Below the pieces are notes generated by a model. That model was not told the origin of the DNA and did not search any database. It saw only the letters and a list, made by a program, of their open reading frames with translations. Positions 52,593 to 64,000 of a stretch of DNA of 64,000 bases are shown in pieces (the stretch's first letter is position 1; every line of letters begins with the position of its first letter). The stretch is from Phoronis australis. Its lineage: Eukaryota > Animalia > Phoronida. The DNA lies in the NCBI GenBank assembly GCA_002633005.1, contig NMRA01000501.1:226911-290910 (forward strand). Direction: 5' to 3'. Position numbers and translations under genes: made by a program.

Positions 52593-54539
52593 GCGTTACA
52601 TACCAGTACATGTAAATTTTACTAATCTTATTGGGCTTCAAATGTCCAAAAGCAGCCACTAGGCCATGCCAGACTGGTTACAATAACAAATAATGACATT
52701 AGCATGAAGTGACTGGACCAGTGATGCAAATGCGATCACGTCATGCCATTGATATACAAATTTATTCGTGATATATCGATTATATATTTTAAATAACAAT
52801 ACCAGGGGCTGGAAACTCGGCACCATTACCACACATTACAAAAACACGCATATGTACCTATAGTATTGCCAGAGCTTTATGCAAAATGAGGTACATGTAA
52901 GGGCGCGAGCGCGTGTGACTGAGGTAAGAGTAAGTGTCCGACCTCGGGGGTGAATTAGGACTCTATTGTTCCAGAATACTACCGTCAACTGAGCGCGTTT
53001 TTGCAATATTGCCAAACGGGAAGAACTCAAAACTTCTACTCCCTGTGAGTTCGCAATGGAGGCTCTAAACAGCGTTCGAAATACACGCTGACCCGTGGCC
53101 AGTGGATATACGACAAGGCCAGTAACATTCAAAAGTTACTAGCCCATGTGAATGTCGTCTAATATTAAATTCAATCTAAAAAGGTGTATTGACTAATTTT
53201 GTTTGCCTCTTGAACGCCAACGAGTTCACCTTTGAACCTTGTGGGCAACTAGAGTTAATAACAAAAAACAGGGTTCTCAAGCACATTCGCATTTACTATA
53301 AAACAATGGAAAAGATCAAGGAAAACGTAATTAGGGTGTTAAAAGCAGGGCCAGCAACTTGAGAGCCGGGCCAGTAACTTTTCAGACTAATTGACCCTGC
53401 GGGCCAACACATTTATTTGCTGAAGTTCCAACACTGGGCTCTGACGGTTGTAGCGATATTCGAACCAAGACTTTCAACAGCAGACGTTTCCGAACCATTT
53501 GAGTGGCACATCACAAAGTGCGCTGTAAATTAACAAACGCAAACGAAATTGTTGATCAGTGAACCTCAATCACGCGGTTAATAAAAACGCATCGATCAGT
53601 AATTAACATCAAATTTGTGTCAATCTGCAAGCAAAGCTAGTTGTATCGCACTATTTCTGTATTTAGTCACTAAACACAATGTCACTTTATAGTTTATGCG
53701 AGAGAAACCTGTGCTGACATGCGCAAACTAAGCATAACTAAACCCGCCTGGATAGTAGCACGGTAGAGATGTCTTTTGCCAAAAATCCCGTTGTCTCCGA
53801 GTTGATTGATAAAACGAAATGATCTGCTCGAGACTTTTGTCAGGCTTTCATCATGATGCAGAAGCGGATCCAGGATTTTTAATTAGGAGGGCCAAGGCAT
53901 AGTATTTGCCAGAATTTTGCCCGTCACATTCGCACCTCCGAACAGCCAAATGGAATCTAGAATTTTATAGGGGTCATGGCCCCCTCTAAATCCGCCACTG
54001 TGATGTATATGTACATTTTACTATCCGGATGTCCCTGTCAGTTGGATACAGAGAGACTCCTTAAAATATTCTCGTCGCTTCGCGCCCCCAACCACAAACC
54101 ATCCGAGATGTATAGTTAGTACGGGGTGCGCTGACTTTTGATGCAAAAATTATTTCATTTTGACGACTGTAAAATCTTACGTCAGTTGATGGAAAATTAA
54201 ATGCTTTGAGAAGCTTACATATTTATTTACATTCACTGAAGGGGAATCAAATAACAGAAAGAATTTGATTCTAACACCTACCGAATTCTTGTAGAATCCT
54301 AGCATCCCTATGTTTAGACTAATGACTTATAGCGAACTTTAATAAAACAGCAATTATTTTACCGAATTTAATCAAGCACGAATGTTTTTCATAGTACATC
54401 ATATCCATTATAAATCGCAACGAAGAAAATAATAGAAAGATCTAAAAGAATCTAGCTTTATTAGAAGGCAGCTCGTGAGAGCATACAAAACACTTAGTTG
54501 TTTAAACAAGTGACGGAAACTAAATGCACACAAGACAGA

Positions 54540-54995
54540 GCGGAATGTTACAAGTAATATCACAAAAGTAGAATACCAAATGATAATATCACAGGAATAG
54601 AAAGCAAGTGAAAATATCACAAGAATAGAATAGGAAGGGATGATATCACCCGAATAGGATATCAAGTGATAATATAACAAGAGTAGAATACGACGTGATA
54701 TCACCGGAATAGAATCTCAAGTGATAATATCACAAGAATAGAATATGAAGTGATAATAACATACCAATAGAATATCAAGTGGTGATATCACAGAAACACA
54801 ATAAGAAGTAATAATGTTACACCAATACAATTCCAAATGATATCACACAAACAGAAAATCAAGCAATATATCACGGGAATAAAATACCAAGTCACTACAT
54901 TACAAGACAAGTAGACCTAGTCCTAGCAACAATATCACATCAACAAAATATCCAAGTGATATTTCAAAGGATATTATAATAAGTGATAATATCAC
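54540..54995. repeat. Degenerate ~28-30-bp minisatellite (aagtgataatatcacaagaatagaata..)
   Basis: Repeated gtgataatatcac...gaatagaat units seen directly. Confidence 0.75.
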
Positions 54996-56959
54996 ATGAC
55001 TTGGAAACTAAGTGATAATGCCAGGGGTAAAAATCCGGCACTAACACTTACAACCCTGTATCAAATAAAACAAACAGCAAAATCTAAACAAACTAGAAGA
55101 GATAATTTATTCGGAAAACTTCATATGGAAACTGTATTGAACTTTATCTTGCAAAGCCAAAATAAAAATATATTGAATCTTTCAAAAAATAACGGGAACT
55201 TCAAATCTGTGTGCAACCAACTTATGGTTGCACAATTTTCGCTAAAGTAACATGGTAACCCGTTTATGCATTTTACTTTAAAAAAAAATAAATTGGAAAT
55301 AACAGTACTCCAAATACACAGCAAACTATCAGTTAATGAACACATACTAATCTAACTTTTTCTTTGGTATCGTATACCTAAAGCAAGCCACCGAAACAAA
55401 TATAGCAACAGAGTTTTTAGTTACTGTATTAAGTTAACAACAAGGAGTCTCTTTCAAGACTTAAAAAGACTTAAGTCAGAAATTTGGTCTTAGGCTCAAC
55501 ATATCTATTCCTGAAATATAATCAAATCTCACTTCAGCAAAATTACAAAACCTCTGGAGTATACCCACAATTTCTGTTCACAGAGATGATTTGTATATTT
55601 TCATTTCAGACTCAGACATGCTAATTGCTAAATGTATAAACCTTTATTCAATAACTGTGAAGTGGAAATGTCAGATTAAATTTCTGACTTAAGTCCCAAG
55701 TCACTTGTTATGAAACAGGTCCCTGTACCACAATGTCCCACAACAGCACAATGTGAAGTATTCAATCCTAAGGAGCCCAATCATACAGTAATTACTTAGC
55801 GTTTACTTTGTGGCTCAACAGGGGGAGCTGATCGGTGATTTTATAAAGGCAGACACCTTGTATTTAAATCGAAAACGTCTCTGTAGTAAGAAGACTAGAT
55901 TTAACTGACTTAGTAAATATACTCATGGAAAACTCAAACTGGCCAGGGCTAAAAGCATCAAAATACATTTCTCTTTACAAATAAGCCCAAAATTGGTCAC
56001 CTTTCATCGTTTATTCAAGATTTGTGTTGAAAATCTTTTTACAAAGAATTAGTGTAGTCTCCCGCTTATTTTACGGCCGTTACGATTAAGAACACATTCC
56101 ACAGATATCAAAACACATAACAATTACTTACTGTCTATACATAACTCTCGGATCAATTTTGATTTTAGCTCTTTGCAAGCATCGCAGTTCATATTCAGCT
56201 TGTCCACTTCAACCATATGTAAAACCATATGAAAATACCTGATACAGCATGTACATTCATAAAGTAAAACAAAAAATCAGAAAATGAAACAAAAAGCATT
56301 GGCCTTGTAAAAAGCACAAAAAGAAGATGACTATGTACAACCCATCAACACCAGGTATTATTTTGTTCAATACTCGCTAAGTATCCAGAACAATAGGTCA
56401 GTGCAACCCTTCCCAGAATCCTTCACAAAATTTGACACACACACACACACATACACCTGGAGAAAAATTCTATAACAAGACTGACTTATGCCCACACAAG
56501 CGTACAATACACCAAGCACTTGCAATATTCATCTGTACACATAAGTGTAAACCAGGAACCCGTGCATTGCATAAATCAAAGTTCTTGCAAAATACCCGAC
56601 ATCATGCAGCATCACATTAGTGCTTCAGAAGTAATCTCATTACTTACTGAAGTACACAAGCAGAATCATCGCCACTCAAGGTGATTGGTCGGCGAGACTG
56701 TGATGTCTAAGTATTGGAGAGAATTCACTGATTCTTGTCAGTATCTAGCGTTACAGAATAAAGCCCTGGTGGAGAAGGCCTGCCTCAAACGGCAAGGGTT
56801 GGATATAACGTGCACGGGTTTTGAGAACCAGTTTGATGCCCATTATTCAGTGGAGAAAACTGGTTCTCAAAATTTGGGCACATTACATCCAAGCATTACC
56901 CCTCAAGCTGTCAATAACTAGAAACACACCAGCCACACTCATCTCTAACAAAATGTGGA

Positions 56960-57645
56960 GTAAAGTTTCTTCAATTTAGAACACAACGTGATGGAATAGT
57001 AAAATTTCAGTGCATCATAACATCTGTGATAACAGGACCACATTTTACGATATTAATAACGATTACCACGCCTATTATGCACCTGTGGTCAACTAACAAT
57101 TTCAGGTTTTTCATCTACAGTGCTGCTGTCATTTTTCAAATGCATTGTGCAATGATTGTCACCTCATAAACATCAGATGACATCACAGATAACTTGGCCA
57201 GGGGCATGCAAACTGATTGATAATTTGTGCTTTAGGTGGCATTTTACTCGGAAACCGTCAGCGAAATCTGATAGCGCGACTCAAGAATATTTTGTATAAA
57301 CAATTTCCTAATCCGCACACACTGTATTAAATGCAATGGACTTTGAGGCTCGCTTTCAATCTTTTAATTTTTTATGATGGCACCTTGTTGTGTATGCACC
57401 AAAAGCATATTGCAGTGGACCCCTGCTTTCAATAATTGTACACTCAAGTGTCAAGTGTATATATGCACGTCACCAAGTGACCTGCGATGTTACTGGATGA
57501 ACTGACCCACATTGCATTTGAAAAATGTCAGCAGCACCTTTGATAAAAGTCCCGAATTGGTCAAATCCAGCAAAGCAATGAGTAAAAATTTGCTAAAAGA
57601 CAATTTCGACAAATATTGTCGCTCAAATTTGAAGAAACTTTACCA
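56960..57645. repeat. Diverged long inverted repeat just 3' of the CaaX-protein stop codon
   Basis: gtgctgctgtcatttttcaaatgca (~57120) pairs with tgcatttgaaaaatgtcagcagcac (~57513-57537). taaagtttcttcaattt (~56961) pairs with aaatttgaagaaacttta (~57626). Confidence 0.65.
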
Positions 57646-57716
57646 CAATGATAATTAAATAATTGATTAGTATGAACATCACTGAGCCAGGGATGCAACA
57701 TTGTTTCTCAAGGCAG

Positions 57717-60700
57717 CTACAAGACAGTGCAGCAATCTGAGCTGCCCTGAAGTGCAGCTTGTGGAACAGGTGGAAGCATCGAGGCAGGTGGTTCCTGGTA
57801 CAATCCGTCCAGATAGAGTCTGAAAAATTACGGATCAGTTTGTACGGTTACGATTACCTGTCAAGGTGAATGAAGAAACACAGTCAAACAAAACGGAGAA
57901 GTTTCCATGGTGGGTGTATACATGTACTTTAAATAAAACAATTTCAATCAATGTTTCCCTCTCGTAATTAAAATGGAACTAAATGCATGAACCTTATGAA
58001 ATAGAGCCATTAAATACCTGGTCTCAAAACTTCCCTTGTCAAGATAACAATTGATTTCCATCAACCCCTTAATTTTCATCTGGTGACACAGTGTAATTCA
58101 TCGTGTCGCTTCCATATCTAGACTTCTAACCCCTGATTTTACAATGCACAAATCACTGAGCTAGACACTGACCTGACACAGGCCAGCCAGTAGTAACCTC
58201 TTCCAAAGTATTGACAATTGGTCATCTTCTCGGGATCGATGGTAGAGGTCTCTGGTGTCACTTCCATGTTCACCATCTGTGCACCAATGACCTGGGCCCC
58301 TAACAGCAATAATGGCACATGGTAACGAACAAAACTTTGCAGTGGACTTTTCATTCTGAGCTGAATATCATAGAACTTGATGCATTGATTTTCATGCTGT
58401 CAATTTTTACGATGAGTTGAGTATTACATGTAATTTTTAATATTACATAATTCCTTGAGCTGTTGCAAAAACATCATTATTGTGCATCTGAAGCAACACG
58501 GATGAATTGCTCAAAATGTAGTAAAAAGTAACAATTCCAGTCCTGGGTTATGTGATTAACACAAAATCAAATATAGTAAAATAAAATAAATGATAACACT
58601 TTACACAAAAATACGTGGCCCTGGATGTATCATAATTTACATCGGCTAATACAAAACCAACTGATACGAGTCTTACCTGTTGCCCTCAGCCAAGCTACAA
58701 TCCTCTCCATTGTCGCGGACATGTTCTCATACCTGGTACCAGACAGACGAACAGGAGCAAACAGGCGAGTGGTAAGACGAACAGACGGATTGGGACAGGG
58801 TTTGGGAGCGATGGTGAAGTAAGCACGTATCACGCGCACCTTGTCTGAGCTACCCGTACGCGGAAATTCCACCATCTCTGTCTTGTCAGGGTTGAAAGAC
58901 ACCGCACCTGCAGTTGTGATCAAACATTCATAACTGGCTTGCAAAACAACACACTTAAAAGCCTTTATTTTAAGTTAAGAACCAACTGACAAGAGCAACG
59001 CGGAGCACTGATATGCGCCCACCGCATGCATCGCATATAGCATTGTTACATGGCATGATCACTATTTTAATTATTACCATTAAAAGGGCAGTGCAAGACT
59101 GATACACTTAGAAACATACATCTCCATGTTTTGTACAAATGAGAGTCCAGGTTTCACTTGAAAGTTGCACACTCTCCAGTTCAGAGAGTACCATAGATGC
59201 ACAAATTTCTCAACAAAATACAACTCTGCATATAAATGAAAAATAATTTGAAGTTACCTAATGACGAAAGGCTTTGATGCTCCCTAACCCAGTTGAACCA
59301 GCAAACAAGTTATGTTATATACGCCAGACAAAGCAACACTTAAATGAATTAGTTTTGTCCAGAACTTGACACGAAAGTCCTGTATTACTCTAACCAATCA
59401 CAGACCTGAAACAGCTTTTTTACCCTACTGTACTATGCAAATACACATTCATGGCCCAGTAACATGCATCCAATATACCACTCTTAAATCCACACAATGC
59501 CTACCCAATCCTTTGAACATCATGACATCAATCTGTTGAATGTTGGTCAGTTTTACACCCTGAAATAACATGGAATTGAATAAGAGCACACTTTGGTATG
59601 GAGGTCAAAGTCTGGCAAAGGATAGGAGAGAGAGGCGACTTGGCACAGAGCATTTTAATTTAAGGATATTCTCTTTGCAAGTGTGCGTTGGAGATGAAAA
59701 CAAAATTTGACCCAGCAAAGGACAAATGGTCATAACTAGGTTCTGAGGTTTTCCAGACAACTATCCCCCTTTGGGGTTGTTGAATAAGTTGAGAATTTCC
59801 ATAAATAATCAGTATTATTACTACGACAGGGATGAAACTAGCAAGTTAGTATTATCAATGAACACCAGGGCACCCAACCTAATTTCTCTGTATAGTGCTA
59901 ATAGCCTGCTAATAGATGCAGGGAATGGCTCTCAATGCATGTTACACATTCTACACCTGTGTTTTCAAATGCTATGACTGGCATTCTCAAAGTTATCATA
60001 ATGGTGCTAAAACAGAAAAAAGAAGGGTGGAAATTTGTAATTTTAAATTTTGACGACTTTGCGGAGAGAATATTTCAGCAACTTTTTTGGAAATCTTAAT
60101 TATATCCTTTCTGTGGAACATTTTGCCTACCCCCTGAGAGCGCCACCTATAATGAAAAGGAAACATGATGAATGACACATGGAATTCAATGTGTGGGCAT
60201 CAATGCGCATGCTTGGTCGGAAGTTTACCGATCACATTGCCACTACTTGCGTATGCCTTCACTTGCACTTTACTTGTTCGGGCTTCAGCCACTGAATTGG
60301 GGTTTCCTTGATTTTGTTTACTTCGATCACTGCCCATTTAAATAAATTGCAACTTTTCAAGTCAAAGGTGGTCGCCATGCTACATCACAGTAAACTGAAA
60401 GGAGACTTCCCAGATTTCAACCAATGGGAATGATTGAATGTTATGACGTCGGTTTCATTACTTTAACCAATGAGAAGCCATGTTAAACAACATTCCACAA
60501 TGCTACCTTTCGTAGCACTGTGAAAGAGTGTACAAGTTGCCAGGCTTTTAGACATGAAGTGAGCTTAATTGTCAGAGTCTATCACACCCACCTTCTGTGT
60601 ATAGAACCAGTTTCCAGCTTTATAGATACAAGAAGTGAAGTTCTCAAAGCGAGGCTTGCCCATCGTATAACTAGGGTTCTTCGTCAGACACTCTGGCTTG

Positions 60701-63700
60701 AAATCACGCAGTCCTAGGATGACATACACGGCGGATTATTACGCGATTCCCATAATGCAACATGATATGCGATAGAACAATACAGTATAGGTGATTGACT
60801 TCACTGAAATAGTACCAATGGCGGTTTTTATTTCAATAAAATTACACAGAAAATCCATTTAAACTTGAAGCTAGATTGACAAATGTAGTGTCACTGCGAC
60901 AACAAAACTGTGTCAAATAATCGCCAAGTCATAGTTGAATACTCGTGTACAGTTAACTACTTTCTATCATAAATGTAACAAACACTAACGTCAATATTTC
61001 AACAACAGTTGACAGTGAAAACTTTAAAATATACATTAAGTCAAATGATGACTATAATAAAGCACAACCAAGGTTCCAGGTGACGAGTGCAATAGTCCTG
61101 AGCATGTCTGGTACATGTACAAGTAACAGTCTGCCTGCGACCATAGGTGTGACTGCTCACCAATCATCTCATGAGCGGGTTCACCGACCACGTAGAAGAC
61201 CCTCAGCAGGAACACATACAGCTTAGGTTGGTCCTTTTTCTCACTCCAATACGTCTTGTCCGGCTCTATAGAGTACTGTTGCCAATTTTCACAGTACTTG
61301 TACTGCATCGTCTCCACCGTCAGTATACGTCCTTTAATACACATACAGACCACAGCACAGTTAGCAAAGTAAACTGTAGCACAGGCAACGGATTATCCAC
61401 AACCCCCACCCCCACCCCCCNCCCCGTCAGTACTGCCACTTCCCATGGTTTGAGTTGTCTCCTCTCATTTTGATGCCCAGTTCCTGTTGATGCCCCCTCC
61501 CCCATAGCAAACCATTCCCCTGTGTCCCCTACGCCATGTTACTGAATACAAAAGGGATTCAGTCTTTTTCTATTTATACCCAGTGTTTTCTAAAATGTGA
61601 CAAAACCATTGCTATCCCCCTTTGGTGCATGGGGCCATAACCTGCTGTAGTCTGGGATAAAACACTGAATATTAAAAGGAATAGCATGCGAATCTTTTTG
61701 GTTATTACAGGACAACTGAGACACGGTGGTCAATAAATAAAGCAATACGCAGCTCTGGTGATAGATAGTTGTGTTATTTCAGTATCATATAAGCAGGCTC
61801 ACACTTGGTTGCTAAAGACTCTCCAACGACCGAAACACCGTTGACATAGACTGGCTGTGTCAATAGCTACAAGTCAATGTTATTAAGTTCTTAGATTAAT
61901 CACAACTCACTGTACTAGCGATGAACAAAAATTGGTTTTACGATGACTGTTTTTAATCCTCTCCTGCATTTGGCCAAAAAGAAAATTGAAGTTAAGTAGC
62001 CAAAAACTGGCAAACGTTAAAAGAAACCAACTTTTGATTTTCACGACTTAAAGCCTATGACCTCAAGTTGTTTCACACTCAAATAAGGAGTGGCTTCTGG
62101 GCTTGGAAAAACGGACATTTCCTTATTCTTTGAGACCATTACGTCGCCCAAAATGACCTGTTGTGACAAGCTAATTTGTCGAACCTGGTCGATAAAAGTC
62201 AGTTCTTTCCAAGCCAAGGAGCGACTCCAGGATTTTTTAAAAGCGGGGGGTCGGATCAAAGATTTTTTTAAAAAGGGAAGTCCAAGTCAAAAATTTTAAA
62301 ATTCCAGAATTGATATCACTAAAATCAAGAGAAAAGGGGGGTCTGGACCCCTTTGACCCCTCTGGATCTGCCTAATATGAATTAAAAGAGTGACACAATT
62401 TCAAACCAATTTCATAACAGTGAGTGGTCTCCATCAAAAGTTACTTTATGAGACAGAAGGCAGTCTAAAGCTGCTTTTATGAATTAACCCTTAAGAACGG
62501 TTCTGTACACTTCAAAGGCAAACAGTCACATGTCACGTGTCGACAATCAATTAATGCTGACTCACCTTGTATGGGATTGTCCTGTAGTTGTTTGTTGAGT
62601 TTGTCCACTGTACGACTGAAGGAATCAAAGGAGGGCAAGTTCAGGGTGTAGTAAGACTCTACATGTGCCTGTAATGTAGTCAAAGATTATCACAGCCATG
62701 GTTATATTTGATAGGTAAGTGGATCCATGCACTCAAACAGCTAATGAGTATTGCATATAGGAACAATGAATCACCTACCCCTCCAAAGCCCTGATACATT
62801 TGTGTGTGAGCCAACTTCTTAACACGGAACTCAGGCTTCACAGTGAAGTACCCTAGTTGCTGTGGAGGCTCTGACGGGTTGTCTCGGAGGGCCAGCCAAA
62901 GTCTAAGAAGATAGAGGAACAACGTATAAGAATCTTTTAATCACGAGAGTTTCAACAAGTTTACACTGAAGGAGCATCTGCAGAAGTCTTCATAGTAAAA
63001 ATAATTACAAAATCATGCAAAGAAAACACACAATAGGTACTTCTGCCAACAGCAATGGGAAGGGTCAGGGAAAACTTTCACGATGCAACGGCAAAGTGAC
63101 TACATACAACCGGCGACTAGTACTGCCACCTGGATGCATACCGAGGTACTTTTACTCCATAGAGCGTAATGGCTAAGGGAGCATACCTGGCTTCATGATA
63201 ACAGCATTTTATGGTTTATGGGGTCATGTAGACAAGATCTGCTGCAAGAGACATCTGTAGCAGACATTGACAAGTATTTGTCTGGATTAAAAGTTGATCA
63301 GCTCCAAGTAAACATAGATTGCATGGCAACACTATTACAGACACCTGGACACTAGTCATGCTTAATACTTCCAGTGATCACTCATTGAATGGAAAATACT
63401 GTGGCCCATGGCTTTAGCTGATCAACTGATTTGGGAACTGATCATGGGTGACGACAAACCTCAGGACAAATTTTGGCTGTCAGTAAGTGCAGATCGTCTC
63501 CTAGTCACTAGCAAGCAATGCAGTGTTTAGGATCCATATCACGAGTCTCACATCACAGCATTACAGTGGCAAATATGTTTGAAGCTATACCCACCTCAAG
63601 CCTATGATGTAGGCGTTGTTTCCGTACGCCGATTCATGATGTAGGGTCGTCTCCGTTTCAATGACACCATCTTTTCTTGCCTTTCGTTCCAGATTCTCGC

Positions 63701-63762
63701 AAGTTTTGGCTTCATACTGGGGGTTGGCAGATAGCCATTGGTTAGCTTGAGCCATCACGCAA
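57717..63762 (-). CDS. Uncharacterised four-repeat protein with C-terminal CaaX motif (5' end outside window)
   Basis: Exons 63762-63595, 62902-62779, 62668-62566, 61331-61161, 60713-60592, 59559-59505, 58907-58677, 58299-58173, 57819-57717. All GT-AG with consistent phases and no stops. Ends ...QGSSDCCTVL*. Confidence 0.88.
60135..60515 (+). repeat. Interspersed ~400-bp repeat family copy (intronic)
   Basis: Matches 32490-32880, 34450-34842 and the reverse complement of 2725-3022. Confidence 0.8.
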
Positions 63763-64000
63763 CTGAAACCAAATGTCTAGAGTACGTTAAAATCTCAGTA
63801 ATCTAAGACACAATACGGCGGAAAAGTGAAATTTTTTTCATAAGATTTGTAGCTTCAGATTAATGTTTTATTTGTTTTCAAGTTCTGTACCATAGACTTT
63901 GAAAAACTGCAGGCATTCACAAAAATGATAGACCTTGAGAAGGGGAATTTTGGAAATTACTTTTGTCCATAGTTGTAGGAATATGTGACCTGGGAACAGG

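Noticed and set aside
54540-54995. Regularly spaced ~30-bp repeats superficially like a CRISPR array
   Set aside because: Degenerate head-to-tail units without unique spacers, eukaryotic context and no cas genes; it is a minisatellite.

Overview
Eukaryotic, intron-rich, AT-rich genomic DNA from an animal, most likely a marine invertebrate bilaterian (inferred from gene content, repeat style and frequent TACATGTA octamers). Single 'n' gaps indicate a draft assembly. Four multi-exon genes were reconstructed by hand, all on the minus strand, with GT-AG sites and consistent intron phases. (1) A PACC1/TMEM206-like proton-activated chloride channel gene that appears disrupted (~200-11072). (2) ZNHIT6/BCD1 (15033-21534, 7 coding exons, 340 aa). 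(3) A complete CCN-family matricellular gene (28442-41744, 369 aa) with an unusual Cys-containing N-terminal extension ending in an RKR site and a duplicated symmetric exon. (4) The 3' nine exons of an unrecognised four-repeat protein ending in a CCTVL CaaX motif (57717-63762). Intergenic and intronic DNA carries TTAA-flanked Kolobok-type DNA transposons (one family with a decayed KolX/P2X7-ballast-like ORF, one with a tRNA-like segment), several MITE and foldback families, a decayed L1/Tx1-like retrotransposon and simple repeats. Three tandem duplications abut 'n' gaps and are probably haplotype assembly artefacts. All homology calls are from motif recognition; no searches were run.
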